NCBI GenBank assembly: GCA_963668175.1
Contig: OY764159.1
Location: 224,001-288,000 of the forward strand
DNA length: 64,000 bases
Source of the DNA: Syntrophales bacterium
GTDB taxonomy: Bacteria; Desulfobacterota; Syntrophia; Syntrophales; PHBD01
Direction of reading: 5' to 3'
Position numbers and translations under genes: made by a program. Position 1 is the stretch's first letter; each line of letters starts with the position of its first letter. Below the pieces are notes generated by a model. That model worked only from the letters and a program-made list of their open reading frames with translations, was not told the origin of the DNA and searched no databases. Positions 8,507 through 19,445 of the stretch are shown one piece after another.

Positions 8507-8544
8507 TTCAATATGGAATATTATTCAATGATTTCAATATAAAA

Positions 8545-8642
8545 TGGCGGAAGTGCATGGGAATCGAACCCACCTGGGACGGTTTTAGCGCCCCACACCG
8601 GATTTGAAGTCCGGGAGGCCCACCAGTGACCTTGGCACTTCC
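8545..8642 (-). tRNA. selC: tRNA-Sec (anticodon TCA)
   Basis: 8-bp acceptor stem GGAAGTGC/GCACTTCC, G discriminator plus CCA, anticodon loop CT-TCA-AA, long variable arm, GGTTCGATTCC T-arm. Confidence 0.97.
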
Positions 8643-8878
8643 TCTGGACAACAGACGTATGCCCTGCCTGCGTTAGCTATTTTCCTGTTACGGAATCCTT
8701 TCGGGCCGCCTTGTACCGCCGCCCGGCGGTATTCCTTATACCGTTTCTTCCCCCGTCGTGCAACATTTTTCCGTGTATTCGACGTCTTGCATATAAAGGC
8801 CCATACCCTTTGGGCCTTCTATAAATCAGCCCCGGTCACGCCCGATGTTCTATTCCTTCAAACGACATTGACCGTCCC

Positions 8879-10051
8879 TCACGTTCGTGCCCTCAGGAAG
8901 GCTCCAAGAGAAAGGACGGAAAGAGCGGCGATGACAATGCTGAGGACGAAAAAATTGGAATACGCCATGACGGATGTGGCCATGAGCGGCCCCAGGGCAT
9001 TGCCGATGAATCGGGCGGAATTAAGGAACCCGAGCATGCCGCCGCTGGCCTCCCCGGCAAACGAGGAAAGAACCAAGGGGAAGACGGCCGCGATGAATGC
9101 GGTTTGCATCATTCTCACGAAAGTGAAGCTCAACACATCAGGGGCAAAACTCATGACCACCTGCAGCAGGGCCGTTATCAGGCAGGCCCATTTGATCAGC
9201 CGGATGAATCCGATTTTAACCGCAATTTTTCCAAAGATATGGTTCCCCAAGACGGATGTAGCCGTATAGGCCATCATGATCGTGCCTGCGTAATTGATTG
9301 CCACGGCATCCGTAAGATGGAAATCCCTGAGGATATTGGGAAGAATGCTGGGCAGGAAAGTGAGATTCACCATGGCGACGATGCTTAACCACCAACCCCA
9401 GATCATGCCGCCGTTCAGGGAGAGCGGCGCCTCCTTTTCATCCTTTGAGGCCGGTGTATCTTTGACGTACATGTAGCAAAAAATGGAAGAAACCAGGGCC
9501 ACGAAGAAAGCGAAGATAAAGGGGGCATGATAGCCGAAAAGGGTCACGGCATAGGCACCCAACGGAGGGCCTATAAGTTGACCGACCGTCATGGCGTTTT
9601 GAAACAGGCTGATGTGTTCGGGAATGCGTTCTTTCTCGGACGAGGAAGCAATGATGATAAGACCGATCGTCGAGACACCCCCCAGTCCGCCCTGAATGAT
9701 CCGTAAAAGCAGCATGACATGCAAACTGGACGTGAAGCCCATGCACAGGAAAATGATGCCGTTGCAGACGATACCCCGCAAAAAAAGCATCTTCGCGCTG
9801 AAGCGAGACGTTAGACTTCCCCATAAAGGGGCCGTTACCGCTGAAATCAGCGATGTCGCTCCCACGATGATGCCTATCCAAATCATGGTTTGCTGATGAT
9901 CGTAAGGACTGATCTTGATGATATAGAAAGGCATAAAGGACATGATACAGTTGAAGGAAAAGGCAATGCCGAACTGGGAAACGGCGAGAAAGAAAATGCC
10001 CTTATCCATTCTCTTCACGAGAGAAAGATGCCTTACCGTACCTGGGGACAT
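8879..10051 (-). CDS. MFS transporter (DHA1/MdtG-like)
   Basis: 12-TM hydrophobic pattern; APLWGSLTSRFS, LRIIQG and GQLIGPPLG motifs; start may be 10009. Confidence 0.88.
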   Translation of the reverse strand: MSPGTVRHLSLVKRMDKGIFFLAVSQFGIAFSFNCIMSFMPFYIIKISPYDHQQTMIWIGIIVGATSLISAVTAPLWGSLTSRFSAKMLFLRGIVCNGIIFLCMGFTSSLHVMLLLRIIQGGLGGVSTIGLIIIASSSEKERIPEHISLFQNAMTVGQLIGPPLGAYAVTLFGYHAPFIFAFFVALVSSIFCYMYVKDTPASKDEKEAPLSLNGGMIWGWWLSIVAMVNLTFLPSILPNILRDFHLTDAVAINYAGTIMMAYTATSVLGNHIFGKIAVKIGFIRLIKWACLITALLQVVMSFAPDVLSFTFVRMMQTAFIAAVFPLVLSSFAGEASGGMLGFLNSARFIGNALGPLMATSVMAYSNFFVLSIVIAALSVLSLGAFLRART

Positions 10052-10121
10052 ATCTGTCTATTGACCGAGGAGGCTATTTACATCTGTCGCAGTCGCGGCT
10101 TCGGGAATCCATGCTGGCGAT

Positions 10122-10160
10122 GAAATAAAAAAGGGTTAACCCGCAATCGGTTAACCCCTT
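10122..10160 (-). terminator. Intrinsic terminator downstream of tRNA-Phe
   Basis: GGGTTAACC/GGTTAACCC stem followed by a T-run on the minus strand. Confidence 0.75.
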
Positions 10161-10168
10161 GATATTCA

Positions 10169-10244
10169 TGGTGGGCCAGGGCAGAATTGAACTGCCGACA
10201 CTCGGATTTTCAGTCCGATGCTCTACCGACTGAGCTACCGGCCC
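10169..10244 (-). tRNA. tRNA-Phe (anticodon GAA)
   Basis: 76 nt: GGGCCGGTAGCTCAGTCGGTAGAGC...CTGAAAA...GTTCAATTC...CCA. Confidence 0.97.
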
Positions 10245-10286
10245 CTCTTGGCTGCATGCGTGTCCTCCCATCGCAACCGGAACGCA

Positions 10287-10315
10287 TATCTATGCAATGG
10301 GGCTGTTTTTGTCAA
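10287..10315 (-). promoter_or_regulatory. Putative sigma70 promoter for tRNA-Phe
   Basis: TTGACA-17 bp-TAGATA on the minus strand. Confidence 0.5.
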
Positions 10316-10410
10316 GGGATTTTTGACGGCCGATTTTTACGGTACTGACGCCCGTTCTCCTCCCTCAATCTACGGCAGATTTATTCGCTCTCCCCCGTAT
10401 TCGCTCCTTT

Positions 10411-10947
10411 TCAACTTCCGTGGGCTTCCACGGCCGACGCATCCCATTCATCCCGGCTCGTCGTTGTCGTCCTTTCACAGTCGGCGGCGTAGGCAACCCT
10501 TACAACCATCGTTCCGGCGATGTAATCGTGCCAGCCCCTCTTGCGCCGGTCTACGCCGATCCAGAGAAATCCTAACCATAGAAACAGCTTGGAAACAACA
10601 TATCCGGTCCAGCGCAGAAAGGCGACGCCGTAGGTCATCAGCTCGCCGTCCACCCGGATCACCTGAATTCCCAGAAGCATTTTACCCGGCGTCTGGCCGG
10701 TATTGCCGTGGAAATAGGTGAAATAAAGCATATTGAGGAAGATCAATGCAAGGTAATAGATCAGCAGACATAGAGGGGCAAGCTGCTTCATGTGCTGCAT
10801 CAACGCACGCCCCCCGACAGGAGAACCCAGAACAAAGGCGATCCATCCGGAGAAGAGGAGAATAAGCGACACGCAACCAAGAAGCATGAAGTCGACAAAA
10901 AAGGCTGTCAACCGGCACCAGAACCCGGCGTAACGATAATCCGTCAT
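10411..10947 (-). CDS. RDD family membrane protein
   Basis: YAGFWCRLTAFFVD, GQTPGKMLLGI and WHDYIAGT motifs. Confidence 0.92.
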   Translation of the reverse strand: MTDYRYAGFWCRLTAFFVDFMLLGCVSLILLFSGWIAFVLGSPVGGRALMQHMKQLAPLCLLIYYLALIFLNMLYFTYFHGNTGQTPGKMLLGIQVIRVDGELMTYGVAFLRWTGYVVSKLFLWLGFLWIGVDRRKRGWHDYIAGTMVVRVAYAADCERTTTTSRDEWDASAVEAHGS

Positions 10948-11734
10948 GATTGTTCCCCGCTCTCCCCGGATATTTCCGGAATACCGCCGATACCGCCCGT
11001 CTCGTACTGGATGATGGAGATAATAGCTACCGCCGCCGTCTCAACTTTGAGGACGCGCCGGCCGAGACTCGCCGGACGGAAACCCGCCGCCACGGCCCTT
11101 TCGACCTCTTCCACCGCAAAACCGCCTTCCGGCCCTATGACAATAAAAATAAGCCTGTGCGCCCCGGACTTGACCTCGTCGGGAAAGACCTGGTGCAGGC
11201 CGGTTTTGGTCTCCTCTTCCCAGAAGATGATGCGCTCGTCCGCCGTTTTCCCCAAAGCGAGCATTTCGGGAAAGCCGACAACATCGTGGACTTCCGGAAC
11301 ATCGGCACGGCCGCATTGCCGGGCCGCTTCCGCCGCGATCTTCCTCCAGCGGACGGTTTTCTGCGCCGCCCTTTCCGTTCCCGGCCTGGAAACCGAACGC
11401 GCTGAGAGAAATGGAATAATGCGGTCGATGCCCAACTCCGTAGCCTTCTGGATGATAAATTCCATTTTGCCGGCCTTGGGAACGGATTGGCAAAGGACTA
11501 TTCTGGCGCCGTCATCCCCGGGAAGCCGCCGCTTGGATATGATCCGGACATCCATTCCGGCCGGCGATACGTGCTCTATGACGCCTTCGTATTCGTTTCC
11601 GCAGCCGTCGAAAAGCGCAAGGCCATCCCCCATTTTCATCCGCAGAACGTCCTGAAGATAGTGGCGGCGGTCCTCCGCCAGCCGGTCCGTATCTCCGGGT
11701 TCCATGATGGCGGGATGGTAGATGCGGGGACGAC

Positions 11735-11738
<4 letters not shown>
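10944..11738 (-). CDS. rsmE: 16S rRNA m3U1498 methyltransferase
   Basis: HYLQDVLRM, QKATELG, EAARQCGR, IGPEGGF and LGRRVLKVETA motifs. Confidence 0.95.
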
Positions 11739-12688
<950 letters not shown>

Positions 12689-12815
12689 AGAACAACTCCT
12701 TTGGTTTAATACCTGTTCTTATTTATATAACCTCTTTCCCATTACATTTCAAGCGACTTGAATTTTCAAAGTCTTCGTGATAGTTTAGAAATTCAATAAT
12801 ACACGGCGGTTTCCC

Positions 12816-13490
12816 ATGGACCAGTCAAATTCGGCACCCTACTATCCTGTCTCCCTCGACCTCAGGAACAGGCCGTGCATCGTCATCGGCGGCGGCAACG
12901 TCGCCGTCCGCAAGGTCTTGCGTCTTATGGCATGCGGGGCGCAAGTGACGGTGGTGGGACGCAATCTCGGCGACGACATGTCCGCCCTCGTTGCCGACGG
13001 GAGGATCAGGCACATCAACGCCGATTACCATCGGTCCCAGATAGAGGGTGCGTTCCTGGTGATCGGCGCGACCGACCGGGACGAGGTCAACGGCCTTATT
13101 TCACGAGATGCCCGCGATTTGCACGTTATGGTCAACATCGTCGACGATCCTGAGCGTTGCGACTTTATCTTGCCCTCGATACTTACCCGGGGCAGCCTGT
13201 CCATCGCCGTGTCGACAGGAGGGGAAAGCCCCGCCCTCGCAAAAAAGATACGTCGGGAACTGGAGGGCCAGTTCGGACCCGAATATGCTGAACTTCTCCG
13301 CATCATGGGAAGACTCCGGGAATCGATCCTGGCGGACAACCGGCCGTCAGACGAAAACAAGGTATTTTTTGAGGCCGTGATTCAATCGGATATCCTTAAC
13401 GCTGTCCGCGCCAAGGACGTGACCCGTATCCATAAAATCATCAAGGAAAAGACGGGGAAAGATATTCCCATCGCTATAACATGGACATAA
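12816..13490 (+). CDS. sirC: Precorrin-2 dehydrogenase / sirohydrochlorin ferrochelatase (CysG N-terminal / Met8-like)
   Basis: GGGNVAVRK Rossmann motif, NIVDDPERCDF, STGGESPALA; first gene of the haem operon. Confidence 0.9.
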   Translation: MDQSNSAPYYPVSLDLRNRPCIVIGGGNVAVRKVLRLMACGAQVTVVGRNLGDDMSALVADGRIRHINADYHRSQIEGAFLVIGATDRDEVNGLISRDARDLHVMVNIVDDPERCDFILPSILTRGSLSIAVSTGGESPALAKKIRRELEGQFGPEYAELLRIMGRLRESILADNRPSDENKVFFEAVIQSDILNAVRAKDVTRIHKIIKEKTGKDIPIAITWT

Positions 13491-14302
13491 CACTTTTTAA
13501 ACTGGCCCTTGTCGCCTACCTGGCAAGCACGCTGAGCTATATCGCCTCGCTTTCCCTGAAGCGCGTTGCCACAGCGAAAATCGCTACAGGGGCGATCTTT
13601 GCGGCCTTCGTCATCCACACGCTATCCTTGATCGCCCGCTGGATAGAGACGGGCCGCGTTCCCGTGATCGGCCTCTACGAAACCCTCTCCCTGTTCGCCT
13701 GGGTCATGACCGCCGCCTATCTGGCCTTCCAGATCAAGACCAAGACCCGGGTCCTGGGGGCTTTTGTCTCTCCCGTGGCCTTTATCCTCGTGCTCGTCGC
13801 CTCGGTGCGCCTGGGTGGCGAAGTCGCTATGCCGCCTGTCCTCCAGGGTAGCATGGTGGCCGCCCACGTAATCCTGTCCGTAGCCGGCGAGGCGCTTTTT
13901 GCCGTCGCCTCCTGTGCCGGGCTTATGTACATGATTCAGGACGGCCTGCTGAAAAAAAAGAAAGCCGCGGGATTCATCCGCTTTCTCCCGTCATTGAAAG
14001 ACCTGGATAACGTCAATCATCTATGCCTCCTGTGGGGATTCCCTCTGCTGACCCTCGGCATCGTCGCCGGCTCCATCTGGGCAAGGACCGCCTGGGGAAC
14101 GCACTGGCAATGGGACCCAAAGCAGGTGTGGACGCTGGCGGTCTGGTTCTCCTATGCCTTCCTGCTGCACCAACGGCTCGCCATCGGCTGGCGGGGCCAT
14201 AGGGCTGCGGTGCTGTCATGCTCGGCACTTGTCATTCTTCTTTTCCTCTTCGCCGTGGAGAAGACGTTTTTTACAACGATCCATCGCTTCTATTGGTTAT
14301 GA
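13481..14302 (+). CDS. CcsA/HemX-like cytochrome c assembly-family membrane protein
   Basis: WWD motif WARTAWGTHWQWDPKQVW; about eight TM helices; overlaps the hemA start. Confidence 0.88.
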   Translation: MDITLFKLALVAYLASTLSYIASLSLKRVATAKIATGAIFAAFVIHTLSLIARWIETGRVPVIGLYETLSLFAWVMTAAYLAFQIKTKTRVLGAFVSPVAFILVLVASVRLGGEVAMPPVLQGSMVAAHVILSVAGEALFAVASCAGLMYMIQDGLLKKKKAAGFIRFLPSLKDLDNVNHLCLLWGFPLLTLGIVAGSIWARTAWGTHWQWDPKQVWTLAVWFSYAFLLHQRLAIGWRGHRAAVLSCSALVILLFLFAVEKTFFTTIHRFYWL

Positions 14303-15570
14303 ATATCCTTCTTGTCGGCATGAACCACAAAACGGCTCCCCTGGAGATCAGGGAGCGGCTCACCCTGTCCTGCAGCGACGGGCCCGGCCCTCTGATAGAG
14401 ATCAAATGCATCCCTCATATTACCGAAGCGCTCTATCTTTCCACCTGTAACCGTGTGGAAGTCCTGGCGGTCACGGAGAACAGCGAAGAAGCCGAACAAA
14501 GCCTCAAACACTTCGTCTTCAACCACGGCAACTTGTCACAGGAAGAGATGCAGGCATGTCTTTACATTTACCGGGACCGCGAGGCGGTCCGCCATCTTTT
14601 CCGGGTAGCTTCGAGCCTCGATTCGCTCGTGATGGGGGAACCGCAGATCCTCGGCCAGGTGAAAGACGCCTATCGCCTGTCGGTAACACACGGGGCCGCG
14701 AGCCTGATGTTGAACAAAATCCTGCATCATACCTTCAAGGTCGCCAAACGGGTGCGCACCGAGACGGGGATTGCCGCGAATGCGGCATCCGTCAGCTACG
14801 CGGCCGTGGAATTGGCCAAGAAGATATTCGGCGCGCTGAAAGGAAAGACCATCCTGCTTATCGGCGCCGGAGAGATGTCGGAACTGGCCGCCCGCCACCT
14901 GATCGGCAACGGGGCGGAACGTCTGTTGATCGCAAACAGAACGTATGCGCGGGCTGAAGCGTTAGCCACAGCCTTCGGAGGCGAACCCATCTCCTTTGAA
15001 TCGATCGGCGAAAAAATCCGGGGAGTGGATATCGTCATCAGTTCGACAGGGGCCACAGGCTTCGTTCTCACCGCCGATATGGTCACGGCCGCCCTGAAAA
15101 GACGAAAGAATCGTCTCTTGTTTCTGATCGACATCGCCGTCCCCCGCGATATCGATCCCGCGGCGGGCCGGATTGAAAACGTCTACCTTTACAATATCGA
15201 CGACCTCCAGGCGATTGTCGACGAAAACATGCAGAACAGGAAGAAGGAGGCGGAAAAGGCCGAGGCCGTCATAGCCGAAGAAGTCGACCGACACGTGGAT
15301 TGGCTCAATAGCCTGGAAGTCGTCCCCACCATTGTTTCCCTCCGGAAAAAGCTGGAAGGCATCGTCAAACTGGAACTGGAACGGTCCGGCACATGGTTCA
15401 GGAACTTGAGCGAGGACGACCGGAAGAACATCGAGATTCTCGCCAACTCCATCGTGAACAAGATCCTTCACGAACCTACCGTAGGGCTCAAGGAGGAAAG
15501 CCGTGACCGCACGGAGAAACAGTATGTCGCCGCCGTGAGGAGACTTTTCGGCCTGGACGAAACATCGTAA
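14299..15570 (+). CDS. hemA: Glutamyl-tRNA reductase
   Basis: STCNRVE, SLDSLVMGEPQILGQ, GAGEM and DIAVPRD motifs; ATG at 14299 overlaps the upstream stop. Confidence 0.97.
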   Translation: MNILLVGMNHKTAPLEIRERLTLSCSDGPGPLIEIKCIPHITEALYLSTCNRVEVLAVTENSEEAEQSLKHFVFNHGNLSQEEMQACLYIYRDREAVRHLFRVASSLDSLVMGEPQILGQVKDAYRLSVTHGAASLMLNKILHHTFKVAKRVRTETGIAANAASVSYAAVELAKKIFGALKGKTILLIGAGEMSELAARHLIGNGAERLLIANRTYARAEALATAFGGEPISFESIGEKIRGVDIVISSTGATGFVLTADMVTAALKRRKNRLLFLIDIAVPRDIDPAAGRIENVYLYNIDDLQAIVDENMQNRKKEAEKAEAVIAEEVDRHVDWLNSLEVVPTIVSLRKKLEGIVKLELERSGTWFRNLSEDDRKNIEILANSIVNKILHEPTVGLKEESRDRTEKQYVAAVRRLFGLDETS

Positions 15571-15648
15571 ACGGCCGGGACATGCAAAAAAGCATGGCGC
15601 TTCTTCTCATAATTGGGATATAAAGCCGGCGTAAAAAGGAGACCAGCT

Positions 15649-16578
15649 ATCAAGACCATAAAAATAGGGACACGGGGCAGCGCCCTGGCCCTCACCCAAA
15701 CCAACCTGGTGGCAGATATGATCCGCGGAAAGTGCCCCGGGGCGAATATTGAGATACATGTCATCAAGACCAAAGGGGACATCATGCAGGACGTCTCCCT
15801 CGTCCGAATCGGGGGGAAAGGCGTCTTTGTGAAAGAAATCGAGGATGCGCTTCTTAAAAGTGAAATCGATCTGGCCGTCCACAGTATGAAGGATGTGCCG
15901 GCCGAGATACCGGAGGGACTGCAAATCTCAGGAACACCAAAGCGCGAAGACCCCAGGGATGTCCTCGTTTCCCGCAATAACTGCAAATTGGAGAAAATGG
16001 CGCGCCATGCCCGTATCGGAACAGGCTCGCTGCGACGGGCGATCCAGGTACGGGAGATCCTGCCCGATGTCGAGATCGTCCCGATCCGCGGCAACTTGGA
16101 CACGCGCATCAAAAAAATAGAAGCGGCCGAATATGACGGCGTCATTGTCGCCGCAGCAGGCATCCGGCGCATGGGATGGATGGAACGGGTAGCACAGTTT
16201 CTACCCACCGAAGTGATGCTTCCCGCCGCCGGACAGGGTATCCTGGCGATGGAACAGCGTTGCGATGACCAGGCGGTGAGCGAAATCGTCGCTTTGCTCA
16301 ACCACGAGGATACGTGGATCGAAGCATCGGCGGAGAGGGCGTTTTTGAAAAGACTGGGCGGCGGGTGCCAGTTGCCGATCGCCGCCTTCGCCAAGAAAAC
16401 GGGCAATACGATAACGGCCCGCGGTCTTCTGGGAAGCATGGACGGCAAGATCATCATCCGGGAGGAAATCCGCGGCTTCGCGGAAGACGCCGGGATCATC
16501 GGCACCAATCTCGCCGAAGCGATCCTGGCCAGGGGCGGGCAGGCCGTTCTCGAAGCCTTTTACAGGCAATGCCAGTGA
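15649..16578 (+). CDS. hemC: Hydroxymethylbilane synthase (probable ATC start at 15649; alternative TTG at 15613)
   Basis: IGTRGSALA, GGKGVFVKE, AVHSMKD and LGGGCQLP motifs; AGGAG 7 nt upstream of the ATC. Confidence 0.95.
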   Translation: MKTIKIGTRGSALALTQTNLVADMIRGKCPGANIEIHVIKTKGDIMQDVSLVRIGGKGVFVKEIEDALLKSEIDLAVHSMKDVPAEIPEGLQISGTPKREDPRDVLVSRNNCKLEKMARHARIGTGSLRRAIQVREILPDVEIVPIRGNLDTRIKKIEAAEYDGVIVAAAGIRRMGWMERVAQFLPTEVMLPAAGQGILAMEQRCDDQAVSEIVALLNHEDTWIEASAERAFLKRLGGGCQLPIAAFAKKTGNTITARGLLGSMDGKIIIREEIRGFAEDAGIIGTNLAEAILARGGQAVLEAFYRQCQ

Positions 16579-16673
16579 ATCGGCCCCGTCGCGACAGAAA
16601 GTCCGGTCGCGTCTTGTCAGGAACTTGGTGAGTGCATATATTAATTTACAGTGCATAGCGTTAAGAGGTTGTA

Positions 16674-18188
16674 ATGGCGGATATGGGCTTTGTCTACATC
16701 GTTGGGGCGGGACCGGGCGATCCGGGTTTGATCACGGTCAAGGGGCTGGAGTCCGTCAAAAAGGCCGACGTGATCATCTACGACCACCTCGTAAGCGAGG
16801 AACTGCTCCGCCATGCCAAGGCCACCATCCGTTTTATCTATGCAGGGAAACAGGGAGGGGACCATACGCTTTCCCAGGACGAGATCAACCGCTGTCTCGT
16901 CGAAGAGGCCAGGAAAGGCCATATCGTGACGCGCCTCAAGGGCGGCGATCCCTTCGTCTTCGGTCGGGGCGGGGAGGAAGCCGAAGTTCTCGCCAGGGAA
17001 GGCATTCCCTATACCGTTATTCCCGGCGTCAGTTCCGCCGTGTCGGTGCCTGCGTATGCGGGGATACCGCTGACGCACCGCGGTATGACCTCGACGCTGG
17101 CCTTCGTCACGGGCCATGAAGATCCAACAAAAGACAAGAGCGATATCGACTGGAAGGCCCTGGCGGGGATCGGGACGCTTGTTTTCCTGATGGGCGTCAA
17201 GAACCTCTCCCGGATCGTCGACCAACTGACGAACAACGGTAAATCCCCGGAGACGCCCGTCGCCCTTATCCGCTGGGGCACGACGGCGGACCAGCAGACC
17301 GTCACCGGAACGTTGCAGGACATCGTCCGGATAGCGCAGGAAAGAAATTTCTCCCCGCCGTCCATTTTTGTCGTGGGCAACGTTGTCGCATTGCGGCCCG
17401 TTCTGAACTGGTTCGAGTCGAGACCGCTTTTCGGTAAAGGCGTGGTCATCACCAGGCCGGAGGCACAGGCCCAATCCTTTGCAGAGCTTCTCCGCGAACA
17501 TGGGGCCCGGGCTATTCATTTCCCGACAATCCGCATCGTCCCGCCCGAAAGCTGGGAACCGATGGATAAAGCCATCGACTGTCTGCCCGAGTACCAGTGG
17601 TTGATCTTTACAAGTGCCAACGGCGTGCGCTTTTTCATGCAGCGCTTAAAAGAACGAGGTCGAGACATCCGGGACATCAAGGGCGTCAAGCTCTGCACCA
17701 TCGGGCCGGCGACGGCCCAGGCCCTGGAAGAGATGGGGCTGCGTGTAGACCTCGTGCCCGAATCGTTTATCTCCGAAGGCGTCGTAAAGGCCTTTGCCGA
17801 GCAAGATATGAAAGGCAGCCGTGTTCTTCTGCCCAGGGCGGAAGAAGCCCGGGATGTGATCCCGGAAGGGCTGGCCGGTTTCGGCGCCCGCGTCGACGTC
17901 GTCACGGCCTATCGCACCGTCGGATCGGGCAGGAACAGCAGGGAGCTTACAGCCCTGATCGATGACGGCAAGGTGGATGTCGTTACTTTCACGAGCCCTT
18001 CGACGGTCAGCCATTTTATGGAAATCATGGGCCCGAAGAAGCTGCCCGACGGAATCAGGATAGCCGCCATCGGGCCCGTGACGGCAGCCGCCGTAAGGAA
18101 AGCAGGGCTTAACGTCGATATACTCCAGGAAACATATACGATACCGGGGCTGGTCGAGGCCATGGCCGATTACTACAAGAAGGCTTAG
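16674..18188 (+). CDS. cobA: Uroporphyrinogen-III C-methyltransferase / uroporphyrinogen-III synthase fusion (CobA-HemD)
   Basis: GAGPGDPGLIT and RLKGGDPFVFGRGGEE in the N-half; ITRP, FTSANGV and FTSPST in the C-half. Confidence 0.95.
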   Translation: MADMGFVYIVGAGPGDPGLITVKGLESVKKADVIIYDHLVSEELLRHAKATIRFIYAGKQGGDHTLSQDEINRCLVEEARKGHIVTRLKGGDPFVFGRGGEEAEVLAREGIPYTVIPGVSSAVSVPAYAGIPLTHRGMTSTLAFVTGHEDPTKDKSDIDWKALAGIGTLVFLMGVKNLSRIVDQLTNNGKSPETPVALIRWGTTADQQTVTGTLQDIVRIAQERNFSPPSIFVVGNVVALRPVLNWFESRPLFGKGVVITRPEAQAQSFAELLREHGARAIHFPTIRIVPPESWEPMDKAIDCLPEYQWLIFTSANGVRFFMQRLKERGRDIRDIKGVKLCTIGPATAQALEEMGLRVDLVPESFISEGVVKAFAEQDMKGSRVLLPRAEEARDVIPEGLAGFGARVDVVTAYRTVGSGRNSRELTALIDDGKVDVVTFTSPSTVSHFMEIMGPKKLPDGIRIAAIGPVTAAAVRKAGLNVDILQETYTIPGLVEAMADYYKKA

Positions 18189-18226
18189 GGTAAAACCGGC
18201 CCGGATACCGGATAGAGGCATAACCC

Positions 18227-19408
18227 ATGATCGGAATTTCAAAATTATATTGCGGGGCAGTGGAAGCCGCCGACGTCCTCCGGTACAACCGGGAATCGGG
18301 CAAGCTGCCGTCCCATCTGCTTCAGTTTTCCGCCGACAAGCGGCCTGTCGTCGTCTGGAACATGACGAGACGCTGCAACCTGAAATGCATCCACTGCTAC
18401 TCGAGTTCGCAGAACATCCAATACGCCGACGAACTGACCACGGCGGAGGGCAAGGCGCTCATTGCGGATCTGGCGGATTTCGGCGCTCCTGTCATCCTGT
18501 TTTCCGGGGGCGAACCCCTGATCCGGGAGGACCTGCCGGAGTTGGCCCGCTTTGCCGTTGAGCGGGGGCTTCGCGCCGTTATCTCGACCAACGGCACCCT
18601 CCTCACGGAAGAGAAAGCAAAAATCTTCAAAGACATAGGCCTGTCTTACATCGGCATCAGTCTCGACGGTATCGAGAGCACCCACGACCGTTTCCGGGGA
18701 ATCCGGGGGGCCTTCAAGGCCACCATGAAGGGCATCCGGATGTGCCGCGATGCCGGAATCAAGGTCGGCGTCCGCTTCACGATCAACCGCCATAACGTTG
18801 CCGACGTACCGGCCGTCTTCGATCTCCTGGAAAAGGAAGAGATACCCCGCTGCTGTTTTTACCATCTCGTCTATTCGGGCCGCGGTTCGAGTCTGATCGG
18901 CGAAGATATATCGCACGGGGAAACAAGGGACCTGATCGACCTGATCATGACCAGAACGAAAGACTTCTTCGACCGCGGCATCGCCAAAGAGATACTCACC
19001 GTCGATAACCATGCCGACGGCCCTTATGTCTACCTCCGCCTGCTCCGGGAAGACCCCCGACGGGCCGCAGAAGTGTTGGAACTTCTGAAGATGAACGAGG
19101 GAAACAGCTCCGGCAACGGCATCGGCTGCGTCAGCTGGGACGGCGAAGTCCATCCGGACCAATTCTGGCGGGGACTTTCATTGGGCAACGTCCGCAAGCG
19201 TCCCTTCAGTAAGATATGGACGGACATGTCCCACCCGGTCCTGGCGAAATTAAAAGACAAAAAGCCCCATGTCCACGGACGCTGCGCAGCTTGCCGATGG
19301 CTTTCCGTCTGCGGAGGCAATTTCAGGGCCCGCGCGGAAGCCGTGACGGGTGACATCTGGGCGGCCGATCCGGCCTGCTATCTGAGCGATCAGGAAATCA
19401 CCGCTTAA
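18227..19408 (+). CDS. ahbC: 12,18-didecarboxysiroheme deacetylase (radical SAM/SPASM)
   Basis: [11 protein letters not shown]-terminus, [15 protein letters not shown]; ahbC-hemB-ahbD order. Confidence 0.92.
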   Translation: MIGISKLYCGAVEAADVLRYNRESGKLPSHLLQFSADKRPVVVWNMTRRCNLKCIHCYSSSQNIQYADELTTAEGKALIADLADFGAPVILFSGGEPLIREDLPELARFAVERGLRAVISTNGTLLTEEKAKIFKDIGLSYIGISLDGIESTHDRFRGIRGAFKATMKGIRMCRDAGIKVGVRFTINRHNVADVPAVFDLLEKEEIPRCCFYHLVYSGRGSSLIGEDISHGETRDLIDLIMTRTKDFFDRGIAKEILTVDNHADGPYVYLRLLREDPRRAAEVLELLKMNEGNSSGNGIGCVSWDGEVHPDQFWRGLSLGNVRKRPFSKIWTDMSHPVLAKLKDKKPHVHGRCAACRWLSVCGGNFRARAEAVTGDIWAADPACYLSDQEITA

Positions 19409-19445
19409 TCCATCAGGAAACATTATACAACAAAAGGAGATCACT

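Larger units (their letters stand above)
1..8544. mobile_element. Integrated element / genomic island at the 3' end of tRNA-Sec (left end outside window)
   Basis: Visibly AT-richer than the rest of the window; contains a serine recombinase, an excisionase-like HTH and orphan ORFs; directly abuts the selC 3' end; arm-like repeats at 8479-8506. Confidence 0.8.

Noticed and set aside
8604..9269. 221-aa plus-strand ORF
   Set aside because: It overlaps selC and is antisense to the MFS gene; a shadow ORF.
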